Source of the DNA: Octopus vulgaris
Taxonomy: Eukaryota
Length of the DNA: 64,000 bases
Direction: 5' to 3'
Assembly (NCBI GenBank): GCA_951406725.2
Contig: OX597839.1
Coordinates: 12,462,001-12,526,000, forward strand
Shown here in pieces: positions 1-64,000 of this stretch (position 1 is its first letter; each line of letters begins with the position of its first letter). The translations under genes were made by a program, and so were the position numbers. The notes under the pieces are model-generated. The model was not told where the DNA came from. It made no database searches and was given only the letters and a program-made list of their open reading frames with translations.

Positions 1-420
1 TAGTAATGCTGGTGCTAACTAATACCCTTAGTCATTTTAGTAACATCTATATGTAAGTATGTATGTATATATGTGTATATATACATATATATATGTGTGT
101 GTTTGTATATATGTATATGTACACACACACACACACACATATCAACACATAAATATACTTCTACCATGATGTAAATTTTGTTACGCTTCATCATAGAGTT
201 TGATTACATTTTCCCATGAGATATTCTGTTTCTTCAGTAAAATCAAAGGTAAGTGATATCTAATGACTTTATAATGAAAGACCAAAACTAATTGCTTTGA
301 TTACCATTCCAAGCTGTTGAAACTCCTACATATTTTCACAGCCATCACGGCTAAAGATATGCTTATTAAACATATTGTATGTGACTCTCTCATATAAATA
401 CATACATATGTGTGTATACT

Positions 421-790
421 CTTTTACTTTTACTTGTTTCAGTCATTTGACTGTAGCCATGCTGGAGCACCGCCTTTTAGTCAAGCAAATCAACCCCAGG
501 ACTTATTCTTTGCAAGCCTAGTACTTATTCTATTGGTCTCTTTTGCCAAACCACTAAGTTACTGGGACGTAAACACACCAGCATTGGTTGTCAAGCGATG
601 TTGGGAAGACAAACATAAACATATATATGTATATATACAACGGGCTTCTTTCAGTTTTCGTCTACCAAATCCACTCACAAGGTTTTGGTTGGCCCGAGGC
701 TATAGTAGAAGACACTTGCCCAAGGTGCCATGCAGTGGGACTGAACCCGGTACCATGTGGTTGGTAAGCAAGCTACCACACAGCCACTCC
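421..790 (-). mobile_element. Near full-length tRNA-derived SINE of the dominant family
   Basis: On the minus strand, a head with a B-box-like gggttcagtccc, body ggcaccttgggcaagtgtcttctactatagcc...gtgagtggatttggtagacg, tail gactgaaacaagtaaaag. At least 15 more copies occur in the window. Confidence 0.88.
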
Positions 791-794
791 TATA

Positions 795-870
<76 letters not shown>

Positions 871-1291
871 ATTTATATATATGCATGTATTTGTGTGTGT
901 ATATATATAATGTCTAAAAACCAAGTAATGATATTTTGGATGCATTTAATATTTATGTATCAGATAATTGCGCAATAGATAAACATGGAATTTCATCTGT
1001 TATACAAAATCTTCCTCACTTAAGAGATATCAAAATATGAACAAATTGATGGAATTTGCTCTTTATATTTTGGTCAGGGTAGTTTAAGTTTCCTGCTAGA
1101 TGATGAGAGGATTTGGTAAGGAGTAGAATATCTATAGAGAGGGAAAAGAAAGAGAAAATGTGTGTGTGAGAGAGAGAGAGAGAGAGGAGAGGGAAAGAAG
1201 AGAGAAAATGGAAGAAAAGAGATTAGTAGTGTTGGTGTGAGGGCAGAGGAAAAGTGAGAGAGAAGAAGGAAGAGAAAGTCAATTAAATAAA

Positions 1292-1360
<69 letters not shown>

Positions 1361-1542
1361 CATATATATGTATGTATGTATGTATATACACATGTGTGTG
1401 TATGTATACGAACAATATTATCATTAAAAGTGTGAACTTGTAATGATCTTTGGATTATAACTGATGAGGAGAGAGCATGTCAATGTCTAGTGTGTGAATT
1501 TTCTGTTTGTTGCATCGTCATCCTTTTGTTCAATTTTGAATA

Positions 1543-1592
<50 letters not shown>

Positions 1593-2517
1593 TTCTATGT
1601 ATGTATATAGTTTGAATTTAGAGAAAACAAAAGATGAAGACAAGTGAGGGTACAATAAGCAGGTGCATTAGTTTGATGCTTGAGAAGAATGAAAAAGTCT
1701 TTGACATTCTGAGCCTACGCTCTTTAACAGGAAGGACTGAGAGGAAAACAAAATGGAGAGAAAAATGTGTAGTATCTTGATAGCAACCAGCATACAATTA
1801 GCTAGAATAGAACACTCAAAGGAAAAATAATCAGTAAATAAAATTTATTAATCAATTTTGTCCCATTACAATATATAAGAATAATTCTGACATGATGACA
1901 AGTGCAACAACTCCAACTTCAATACTGACTTACAGCTATGAGCATGAGTGTGTATATGTATATATATAATCCTTTAGCATTCAGATCATTCTACCAATTA
2001 TAATGCTTTTTCATTCACTGTTTTTAATCATGCATTTGCCTGCAGCTTCAAAATTTTGAAGATTTGATTGCATATTTTTAGAATGACATTGAAGGGTGGA
2101 TGTGATAGGCTGGATCTGACTGACTTGAACATAAAATAGGTTGCATATTTGGGCCAGATAGGGCCAATTTAAATGCTAAAGAGTTAAATTATGCCGATCA
2201 GCTATAAAGAAATAAGGTGACCACCCTTTTTGTTTGATCTAGGATATTTCAGCCAAGATGTTTTATTGGCAGTTTATTTACTTTTCAGCCACTCGTTCAT
2301 TTTGAAACTAAATTGTATGTTTTTTTTTCTTCTCTCATCATGTTGGAGATGTAAGCACAATTGATTTTGTTGACTGGTAGTTATGTACCTGATGTGGAGA
2401 TAGATTATATTATGCTGAAATGTACAAATAATTTGATGGATATTTGTTTCTGAAACATGTTGCACTGAACTTTGACTGTCCACCCCACTTATTTTATATA
2501 TAGATATATATATATAG

Positions 2518-2569
<52 letters not shown>

Positions 2570-3195
2570 TACAGACAAGAAAGTAAATTTAGAACACAGT
2601 ATAGCTGTGAAAACAGCAGAGAAAAATTGGATATTTACTCTTATTAAATGGAAAAAATTTGGCTGCAGGTGACTATGGTAATCGAACCCTGTGCCCCTCA
2701 AATACTGGCTGAGTGCTCTACTATTAAATTAAATGGTCCAGACACACTCTCACATACACACAGAATAAAACAAAGACTCAATGTTTGGTATATTTTTAAT
2801 ATTTTGCAATTCATCAGAACTTTCACCTAGTATGTTATGTCTCATTTAAGATAAAAGAAAAACATCTATATACATATATTTGATTCCTGGAACACGTAGA
2901 TGTGCTTCATATAGACACAGCTTGAATTTTAACCCCTTCTATATATGTTTTAAAATTGTAGAGTAAACAAAATACAGAGATAAGTGAGGAAGCAACAAAC
3001 AAGGTGTTCAGGAAAAATGTTCAGGAAAAATGAAAGAGTTTTTAATGCTTCAAGCCTACTCTCTTCTACCTCAAGGAATGAGAGAAACAAATGTAGAGAG
3101 GAAAAAAACAATGGAGAGAAAAAAAACATGTCTGGATATATATACATAATCAAATATAAACAAAGAAGAGAGAAAAGAATTGTAAATTATCTTAC

Positions 3196-55783
<52,588 letters not shown>

Positions 55784-56010
55784 CTGTAAATATAAACAAA
55801 AAATTCCTATAAAATGAAATATCTCACATAGCAGGCATGGTTGTGCAAATAAGAAGTTCACTCTGTAATCACATGGTTTCAGGTTCAGTCCCCAGTCCCA
55901 ATGTAAAGCACCTTGAATAAGTGTTTCTACTATAGCCCTGGTTTGACCGATGGATTATGAGTGAATTTGGTGGATACAAACTGCTTGAAAGCTGTCATAT
56001 ATATATATAT

Positions 56011-57050
56011 ACTAGCAGCATAGCCTGGCGTTGCCCGGGTATGTAAGAGCCCCTAGTAGGCAACGACTAATCCCAATCTAGTCCTTTCCCTCTAGGGAAC
56101 GAAGGCGCATGTGTAGGTTGCAATGTCTTCTCTTCACTCCCAAATAACTATCAAACAGCTATCGATAATTCAACCCAACCAATTCCTGCCAGGAAGAAAT
56201 TACATTTGAGACTTTACCCCCAACTTCCTAAATTTTTGGCGTACCCTAAGGGTCCTCGGACGCTACTTGCAAACTCTTGGTTTATTATAAACCGCTTTTG
56301 TCGTGTGCACCAAAAAACCTTTTTCATTCGTTTGTTCAGTTTGGTCACTTTTGACTTTTTCGTTGTTGTCACTCACATTGCTGTCCGCTTTTTTGCCCTT
56401 TTTGTACATTTTTATACATTTTGGGATACTTACCCCACGTGTTCCGAGAGTTAAAAAGGTCGAGTTGCGTCCCCTAGACAGTCTGTGGTTTGTGTTTAAT
56501 ACACAAATCGGTTTGCTATGTGTGCCACATATGATTTGATTAACCGATTTTTTCCAGTAATAAAGTATCCTATTGGAATAAAAAGGGCCATATAGCTCCT
56601 TGGAGCAGACATGATGCTCGCTGTGAATTTAAAAAAAAATTCCTGCCAATTTGTGAAAGATATTGTCGAAAATATGTCATCTTGAATTTGAACGCGATTT
56701 ACCAAAATGGCATGATTTTATCGATTTTTTCTGATGGTAAGGAATTGCATGGAAAACTAACGTCAGAATTAAGTTTCATTGGGTAACATTAAGCTTCACC
56801 ATGAGTTTGGTGAAAATCGATTGCAAAAACTAAAACAGAAAATGTGTTGCATATAAAAAGCTTAGATTCTCGACCCCATGTCGAATTTATCGATTTTTTT
56901 CAGAACTAGGGGAACTTTTCAAAATTTTCGCTGCGTTAGTTTTGAATTCTGACATTGGGCTATGTGTGTGTCAAGTTTCATCAGAATCGGTTGAAAGCCG
57001 TGGTCAGGGTGAGGGTACAACCTGACAGACACACAGACAGAGAAACTGCC

Positions 57051-57057
<7 letters not shown>
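56011..57057 (+). mobile_element. Helentron/DINE-1-like non-autonomous element inserted in (TA)n
   Basis: 5' actagcagcatagcctggcgttgcccggg; 3' aagtttcatcagaatcgg...gacagacacacagacag...gtttacatata; CpG-rich, so probably young; splits a SINE (head 55830-55995, tail about 57340-57510). Confidence 0.72.
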
Positions 57058-57123
<66 letters not shown>

Positions 57124-58167
57124 ATATATATGTATATATAGGTATAGATACACACACACACACCATAAAGTGGTTGTCATTAGAAACTATGCCAAAGCTG
57201 ACATTGAAGCATGACGGAGCCCTGTAGCTTCCCAGATCCTGTCAAATCATCCATCCCTTGCCAGTATAGGAAATGGACATTAAATGATGGTGGTGGTGGT
57301 GGTGGTGGTGGTGTGTGTGTTTGCATGCTTTTGCTCAATAACGTGTTGGTTTGTTGTTCCCATAACTTAGTTCAGTAAAAGAGATCAATAGAATAAGGAC
57401 TAGATTTCTAAAAAATAAATAAGTGCAGTTGATTCATTCAAATGAACTCTTCAAGGGAATAGCCCTGCATGACCACTGTCCAATGAATAAAACAGGTGAA
57501 AGAGCCAAAAAATGAAAAGGCACAGTGCTCAGGATTTATTCTTCCTTTTTTCCTACCCCACATTCACCAGACTTAGAGATCCTGAAAATGTTATGGTTAT
57601 TGCTATCCCTCTTTTACCTACATAGTCATATTGTCCTGGGTATAATTTTAAACTGGTTCCAATTAAAACTAGATATGCGTTGTCTTCAACTTTGTCTAAC
57701 CAAGAAGAAATCCTCTCCCCTTTAATGACAAATTCACCACTAGGGAAAGAACATGCATTTGAAAGCAAACCTTAGTCCTCTTGATTAGGGCTGACCTGGG
57801 ATAGCAACAAGTAAAGTAACCCTTCAAACTATAGTACTAGCCATCTTTGGCTGGAAAAAAAAAAAGGTTAGTGAATGACGTAAATACTAAATACACATAG
57901 TATTTTATTTACACAGGTGTTCTGTGTGAGTAAATCACCTGATGTATGTTTAGGGAAGCACGAAAATATCTGGGGTCTTTCTTTGAAGGGAACAGTCCCG
58001 GCTAGAAGAGCTTCCTTTGGCATTGGCATGGCAGAGATGATAACCTTAACACAAATGTATATAGAGATAGTTGGCAGTTGAGGGTGGGGAGTTTCATAAT
58101 GGGTGGGGAAGGGATGTGTAAGATGTTTAGAACTGTAGCATAACCCATCTGGGGAATATCAATTTGC

Positions 58168-58239
<72 letters not shown>

Positions 58240-59569
58240 TACATACATATCTTACTCCCTCAGTATATAAATATATATATATATATAGATATAGATATAT
58301 ATACACACACACACATATATATATATGTATATATACATGCATGTATATATATGCATGTATATGTATGTGTCTTTGTATCATCAATTAAAAAGGTAACTAT
58401 CTGGCATTTGTGACCTTTAACTTTGTAGAAGGAAATCATATGATTAAAGTTTTTCGATACAAAAACTACTAGAGCTATAAAGGAAACAGGTTCAAATAGT
58501 AGCAATGGATGTATATGTATATGCATGAATGCATGTGTGAGTGTTGTAAATACTGGATAAACAACATGATTAGTTACCAAAGTTGGGAACATGGTGAGCA
58601 CAAAGTGAGTACTATGAGATTAAGATAAATATTTATATTTTCTTACAGCTGTACTCTGGACTATCTGCCAGACCATACTCAAAAGCAGATGTAACACAAA
58701 ACAGTGCTTCCATTTTCTAGGGTTAGTTTCAACATTTTAACCTTCAGGGATTCCCAAACACCTGGACTAGCCTATTAGAACTCATAGAAGTAGGAGCTGC
58801 TTCTCAAAAGAATATTGCTATCAGAGTTCAAATCCACGTGGTGGTAGTGGTGGTGATGATGACAACTCAATATAACTTGATTTTTTGACAAATCTCAAGA
58901 TTATCTGTAACAATAAAATGTAGTAACATACAGATTCAAAATCTCTGATTTACTGTGTTGATCTCAGCTGTTCACTCCGAGGGAACAGTTTCCTCACATC
59001 TCCTTAACACTATCCTCATCCTACAGATTCTTGTTATCCATATGTTTTTGCTTCTTTTTCTTTAGTCATTTTAGTCATTGGACGAAGGCCATGCTGTAGC
59101 ACTGCTTACACTGGGTTTCTCATCATCATCATCTTCACTATCTGGTCAGGCAACTTGCCCAGAACATTTTGTTCAGCATCTAGTGATATTCACCATTGAC
59201 TCAATAAGTTCATTTACTGAAAGAGTTTGCATCCACCATACTGTATCCCATGGTTTCAGTGTACCCTAGCTTTGTCTGTTACATACTATTTATTTGGCTA
59301 TCTAGTTTATCATATCAAACCCCATTATCACCAAGGATCACTTTTGGTGAAAGCACATCCTTGGACTGCAACCTAAAGACCAGCTCTTCTCTGCAGGACC
59401 AGAAAGTGTTTCAGTCCTTAGTAGCTACTGATATCCGCAACACTCAAGTAAGGTCTACAATTTAATGTTTTCTTATTAGAGAGCATCAAGGTGTTTCAAC
59501 TGCACAGATATCCAAGAACACATCCAGAAAATGGTCACCGAACTGATTGGCATAAAATAACTCACAGGT

Positions 59570-59935
59570 ATATTCTGCACTGGGTTATAGGTATGCTTCA
59601 GCCCCTGCGCCATAGACATGTTTCATCTACTGGACCACAGAATACTCCAGCTACTGAACCATAAGAATATTGTAGCTACAGAAATGCTCAAGGCTACAGA
59701 AATGCTCCAGCCTCTTGACTATAGGAAAGCTCCAGCCAGGGCTACAGGCATAATCCAGCTACTGAGCCATAGGAAAAGTCGAGCCACAGGAATACTCCAG
59801 CTATTGTGCTACAGAAATGTTCTGGTGACTGGACCATAGGAAAGCTCTCACTACCAGGTCACAGGCAAGCTCCAGCAGGAACACTCTAACCATTGGGCCA
59901 CAAGTAAGCCCCATCCAGTGGGCCACAGCCATACT
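59570..59935. repeat. Degenerate minisatellite with a unit of about 22 bp (roughly ggccacaggaatactccagctact)
   Basis: Recurrent ccacag/ctacag/ccatag followed by ctccagc, more than 10 units. Confidence 0.75.
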
Positions 59936-60768
59936 GCTTCATCTTTCTATCTGTTTTTGTTTCACTGCTATAATGATCTCTGTTCCTGGCAGTTTGTTCA
60001 ACTGAACCCTTCAAGGCAATGCCCTGGCAAGGGTTCAGTCCAATGACTGAAACAAGTGAAAGATTAAGGATGTCCATGAGTAGCAGAGGTATTAAACCCA
60101 AAACGGTGGCTGTTAATAGCATGCACCACGTGGAATTAAGGACCTACTAAAGCTAATGGGGGAGGACCACAGAGATTCTTGGTGTTGCATGGGGAAATGC
60201 ACCTCAGTTGTGATCCCATGAAAAATTAGAAGATATTCATTTAGAAAATTGGAATGGTCACAGTTGGAATGACTATGATCATTGGTCTGCTGCAACAGGG
60301 CTGTCCTGAGACTATACAATAACAACAACAACAATAGCAATAAGGGATAAGCAGACAGACAAACAACAATTACAACCATAATAAATATTTTGATTAAGCA
60401 ATTAAACAAAGAAAACAAGTAACAAAGCGAAAATGAAATGGAAAGGTGTGAGGAGGGAAGGTCAGTGAAAAGAATTTAAGCGTGTGTGTGTGTGTGTCTA
60501 TCTGTTCGTGTGCCTGGTTTTGTATATGTATGTTTGTGAGAGTTTGTATGTTTATGCAGGCGCACATTTGTGTGTTGTATGCGTGTAGATGTCTGTGTAT
60601 ATGTACATGTATGTTTGTACATATGTTATGCACATGTACTGAGGTAAAAAGGCAGAAAACAAAGAGATAGAAGGATTGATATATATATACAGACAGATAG
60701 ATGGTTGGATGGATGGATAGATAGACAGACAAAGACACACACACACAGATAGCTAGCTAGCTAGATGA

Positions 60769-60880
<112 letters not shown>

Positions 60881-60963
60881 GCTGACTCACAGACATATAA
60901 CAATGGTGAGACAAGAAGACAGAGGTAGCAACAGAGAGAGAAGAGGGAGGGAGAGATAGGTAG

Positions 60964-61005
<42 letters not shown>

Positions 61006-61462
61006 GATGAAGAACATCTAATGTAGTAAGAGCAGAGGAGCTGGAGGTATGGGTGACAGTGGTAATGGTGGTGGTAATAATGGTGTTGATGTAGGGGAAG
61101 AATAAGACAGAAGAGAAGAAAGCAAATGACAGAGAGAGAAAATAAGAAAGACTAAAAGAGTAAGAGAAAGAAAGGAAGAGAGAGTGTGATGGGGGGAAAG
61201 GATATAAATTGTTGGTGATGGAGCAAGAAAGGTAATGGTGATGGTGTTGGTGATGGTAGCAGTGGTAGTGATAATGGTGGTGGTGGTGGCTGTGAGTGTG
61301 GTGGTAGTGGTGGTGGTTATGGTAGAGAGGAATAGTTACAAGATGGAAGAGAAGCAAGTACATGACAAGAGAGGAAACGTGTAAGAAGACTGCATGAAGG
61401 AATACTTTTGAAACATCTACCTTTACAACCAGCTGATGTCGAACTACACACACACACACTCG

Positions 61463-61512
<50 letters not shown>

Positions 61513-62227
61513 TACACATACACACACATATATATATTTGTGGTTTAGTTCAGGTCTTAAGTTACTGTAGCAGCCGGACAGACAGGCAGAGGCAGGCAAA
61601 ATTAGACACTGAATATGATGATGATGATGATGGTGATGAGGAGGAGGGGGCAGGGTAAAAATGAGGGGGAGTATAGTTGTGATGGTGATGATGATGATGA
61701 TAATGATGGTGAGGAGAAAGATGGTAGTGGTGGTGGTGGTGATGATAAGGAGGAGGGTGGTGGTAATGGTGATGATGAGGAGGAGGGTGTGGTGATGATG
61801 TTGGTGGTGATGATGTTGGTGGTGATGATGATGGCGATGATGATGGTGAGGAGGAAGGTGGTAGTGGCAGTGATGATAACGATGGTGGTGGTGAGGTTGG
61901 CGTTGATGATGATGGCAAAGACAAGTTAGTTTTTCTTTACCATTTATGCGTGAGTGTACATACCTATGTATGTATGTACATACATCTGTACTTGCGTATG
62001 TGTTTTTATGTAAGTGTATATGTGTGTGGGAGGTACAACTTGACTCCAACCAGCTACTACATATTCTGTTTCAACTCCCTCTCTCCCTCTTCTTCCCTTT
62101 CTCATTCTCTATATCTCTCTTTCTCCCTCTCTCTCTGTCTCCCCCTCTCTCCCCCTCCCCTTTCTCGCACACTCTCTCTGTATGTGAGCTTGAGTAGTCC
62201 ACAACCCATCTCTCCTCCTACCAAGCT

Positions 62228-62610
62228 TTTATTTCTTACTTGTTTCAGTCTTTGGACTGTGGCCAAGCTGGGGCACTGCCTTGAAAAGTTTAGTAAAACA
62301 AATCAACCCCAGTACTTAATTTTAAGCCAGGTATTGGTATCATTTTAGTAAACCACTTTTAGTAAACACCAGTTGTCAAGCGGTGGGAGAGGGACAAATG
62401 CATACACACACAAACACACACACAGAAACACACAACACAAAAAATTTGACAGGCTTCTTTCAGTTTCCCTCTACCATGTCACCTCACAAGGCTTCGATTG
62501 GCTCACAACTATAGTAGAAGACACTTGTCCAAGGTGCCACACAGTTGGACTGAAGCTAGAACCTTGTGGTTGGGAACCAAAGCTCTTACCACACAGCCAC
62601 ACATGCACCT
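62228..62610 (-). mobile_element. tRNA-SINE, dominant family
   Basis: Same motifs as 421-790. Confidence 0.78.
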
Positions 62611-62755
62611 ACTAGCTAGTTTTGATATATGTTGCCTATTACACTTCAAGTGAGGAGATACACAGAAAGAAGTTCATCTCTGCACAGAAGTGTGGTGTTA
62701 GGGGTGATGATGATGTGGACAGTGATGGAGAAGGAAAATAGATATTAGGGAAGTG

Positions 62756-62788
<33 letters not shown>

Positions 62789-62869
62789 TAGAGGGAGAGA
62801 GTGTAGAAGGAGTATTGAATAGAAGAGAACAGAAATAGAGAAGAAAAATTGGTCTTTAGAGAAAAAGAT

Positions 62870-62900
62870 GGATAGATAAATGAATAGATGGACAGATAAG

Positions 62901-62937
<37 letters not shown>

Positions 62938-63075
62938 GGATGGATGGATGGATGGATGGATGGATGGATGGATGGATGGATGGATGGATGGATGGATGGA
63001 TGGATGGATGGATGGGTGGGTGGGTGGACGGACAGATGGACAGATCGACAGGCAGATGGATGGGTAGATAGAAAA

Positions 63076-63106
<31 letters not shown>

Positions 63107-63213
63107 TAGATAGATAGATAGATAAACAGATGGATGGGTGGATGGATGGACAGATGAACGGATCGACAGGCAGATGGATGGGTAGATAGAAAAAGATAGA
63201 TTGATAGATAGAC

Positions 63214-63299
<86 letters not shown>

Positions 63300-63400
63300 G
63301 TGGGTGGATATGTAGGTAGGATGGTAGGTAAGTTGGTACTTGGGTAAGTAGATAAGAAGATGGATAGGTAGTTAGGTAGGTGGGTTGATAGCTAGCTAGC
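62870..63400. repeat. Compound (GATA)n/(GGAT)n/(GACA)n microsatellite; similar tracts at about 46100-46400 and 60700-61000
   Basis: Direct inspection. Confidence 0.93.
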
Positions 63401-63745
63401 TAGACAAAGTAAAGAGACAGACAAACAAATAAATAAATAAATAGATACATACATACAAAGATTGATAAACAGACAAATAGAGAAAAAGATAAATGGTTAG
63501 ATAGAGAGAAGGAGGGAAAGAGAAATAAGTAGAAAGAGAGAAGTGATATGATACACACACGTACAAACATGTATGTATGCACATATACAAGGTAGTTCAC
63601 ACTTTTCCTTTGCATATTCTGAAAGAAGAGAAGAAAGACAAAATATATCGGTTTTTACCTTAAAAGGCCTAATTGTACTTAAAGGAAGGAATGTGGTATA
63701 ACTGAATCCGAAGACCTAGTGTTCAGCAACAAGACAGTGCTGTTA

Positions 63746-63784
<39 letters not shown>

Positions 63785-63918
63785 TGTATATATGCATGTA
63801 TATATATGTGTGTATATGTAATTGAAAAATAGAGATACTGCCCCTCCCTGAGTTGTAATTATTGGCAGGGGTATCATATCCATATACACATACACATACA
63901 TACACACGTGTGAATGTA

Positions 63919-63949
<31 letters not shown>

Positions 63950-64000
63950 AAACATTCTCAGAAGAGAAGAAAGGGAAGATAAAGAAGCAAGCACAGATAA

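Noticed and set aside
305-350. Possible next minus-strand exon near the window start
   Set aside because: 46 nt, weak sites, no calponin-homology or Thr-rich similarity.
410-799. 129-aa ORF and similar ones containing NPLTRLW…HLPKVP (e.g. 11836, 20669, 31839, 52558)
   Set aside because: The recurrent peptide is the antisense reading of the dominant SINE.

Overview
AT-rich eukaryotic genomic DNA dense in microsatellites and SINEs. The tRNA-derived SINEs, the (GAT)n-tailed SINE/RTE ends and the microsatellite load resemble an Octopus (coleoid cephalopod) genome; this assignment is an inference. Almost every ORF in the supplied track is a simple-repeat artefact. The window lies inside one large minus-strand, intron-rich gene. 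I traced 15 GT-AG exons from 55783 down to 3196. They splice into one stop-free frame of 1654 nt (about 551 codons), open at both ends. The frame encodes a smoothelin-type motif (IDDEDQLEKM|LEKVDNFEERKKIRARLREIR), a charged helical segment, seven tandemly duplicated phase-1/phase-1 exons (108-114 nt, acidic Ser/Lys/Glu-rich, each ending in KENI or KENS) and five small phase-1/phase-1 exons, four of them Thr/Gly-rich. The introns carry a 5'-truncated CR1-type LINE, mariner (DD34D-type) and maT (DD37D) relics, a mariner built from two inverted 5' ends, Tigger-, hAT- and TTAA-type MITEs, two Helentron/DINE-like elements, an L1/Tx1 relic, a 5S rRNA pseudogene, a hairpin with 79-bp arms and many SINEs. 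The most notable feature is the frame-preserving tandem exon array, which could act as a splice-tunable linker in a smoothelin-like protein. No expression data or database searches were available.
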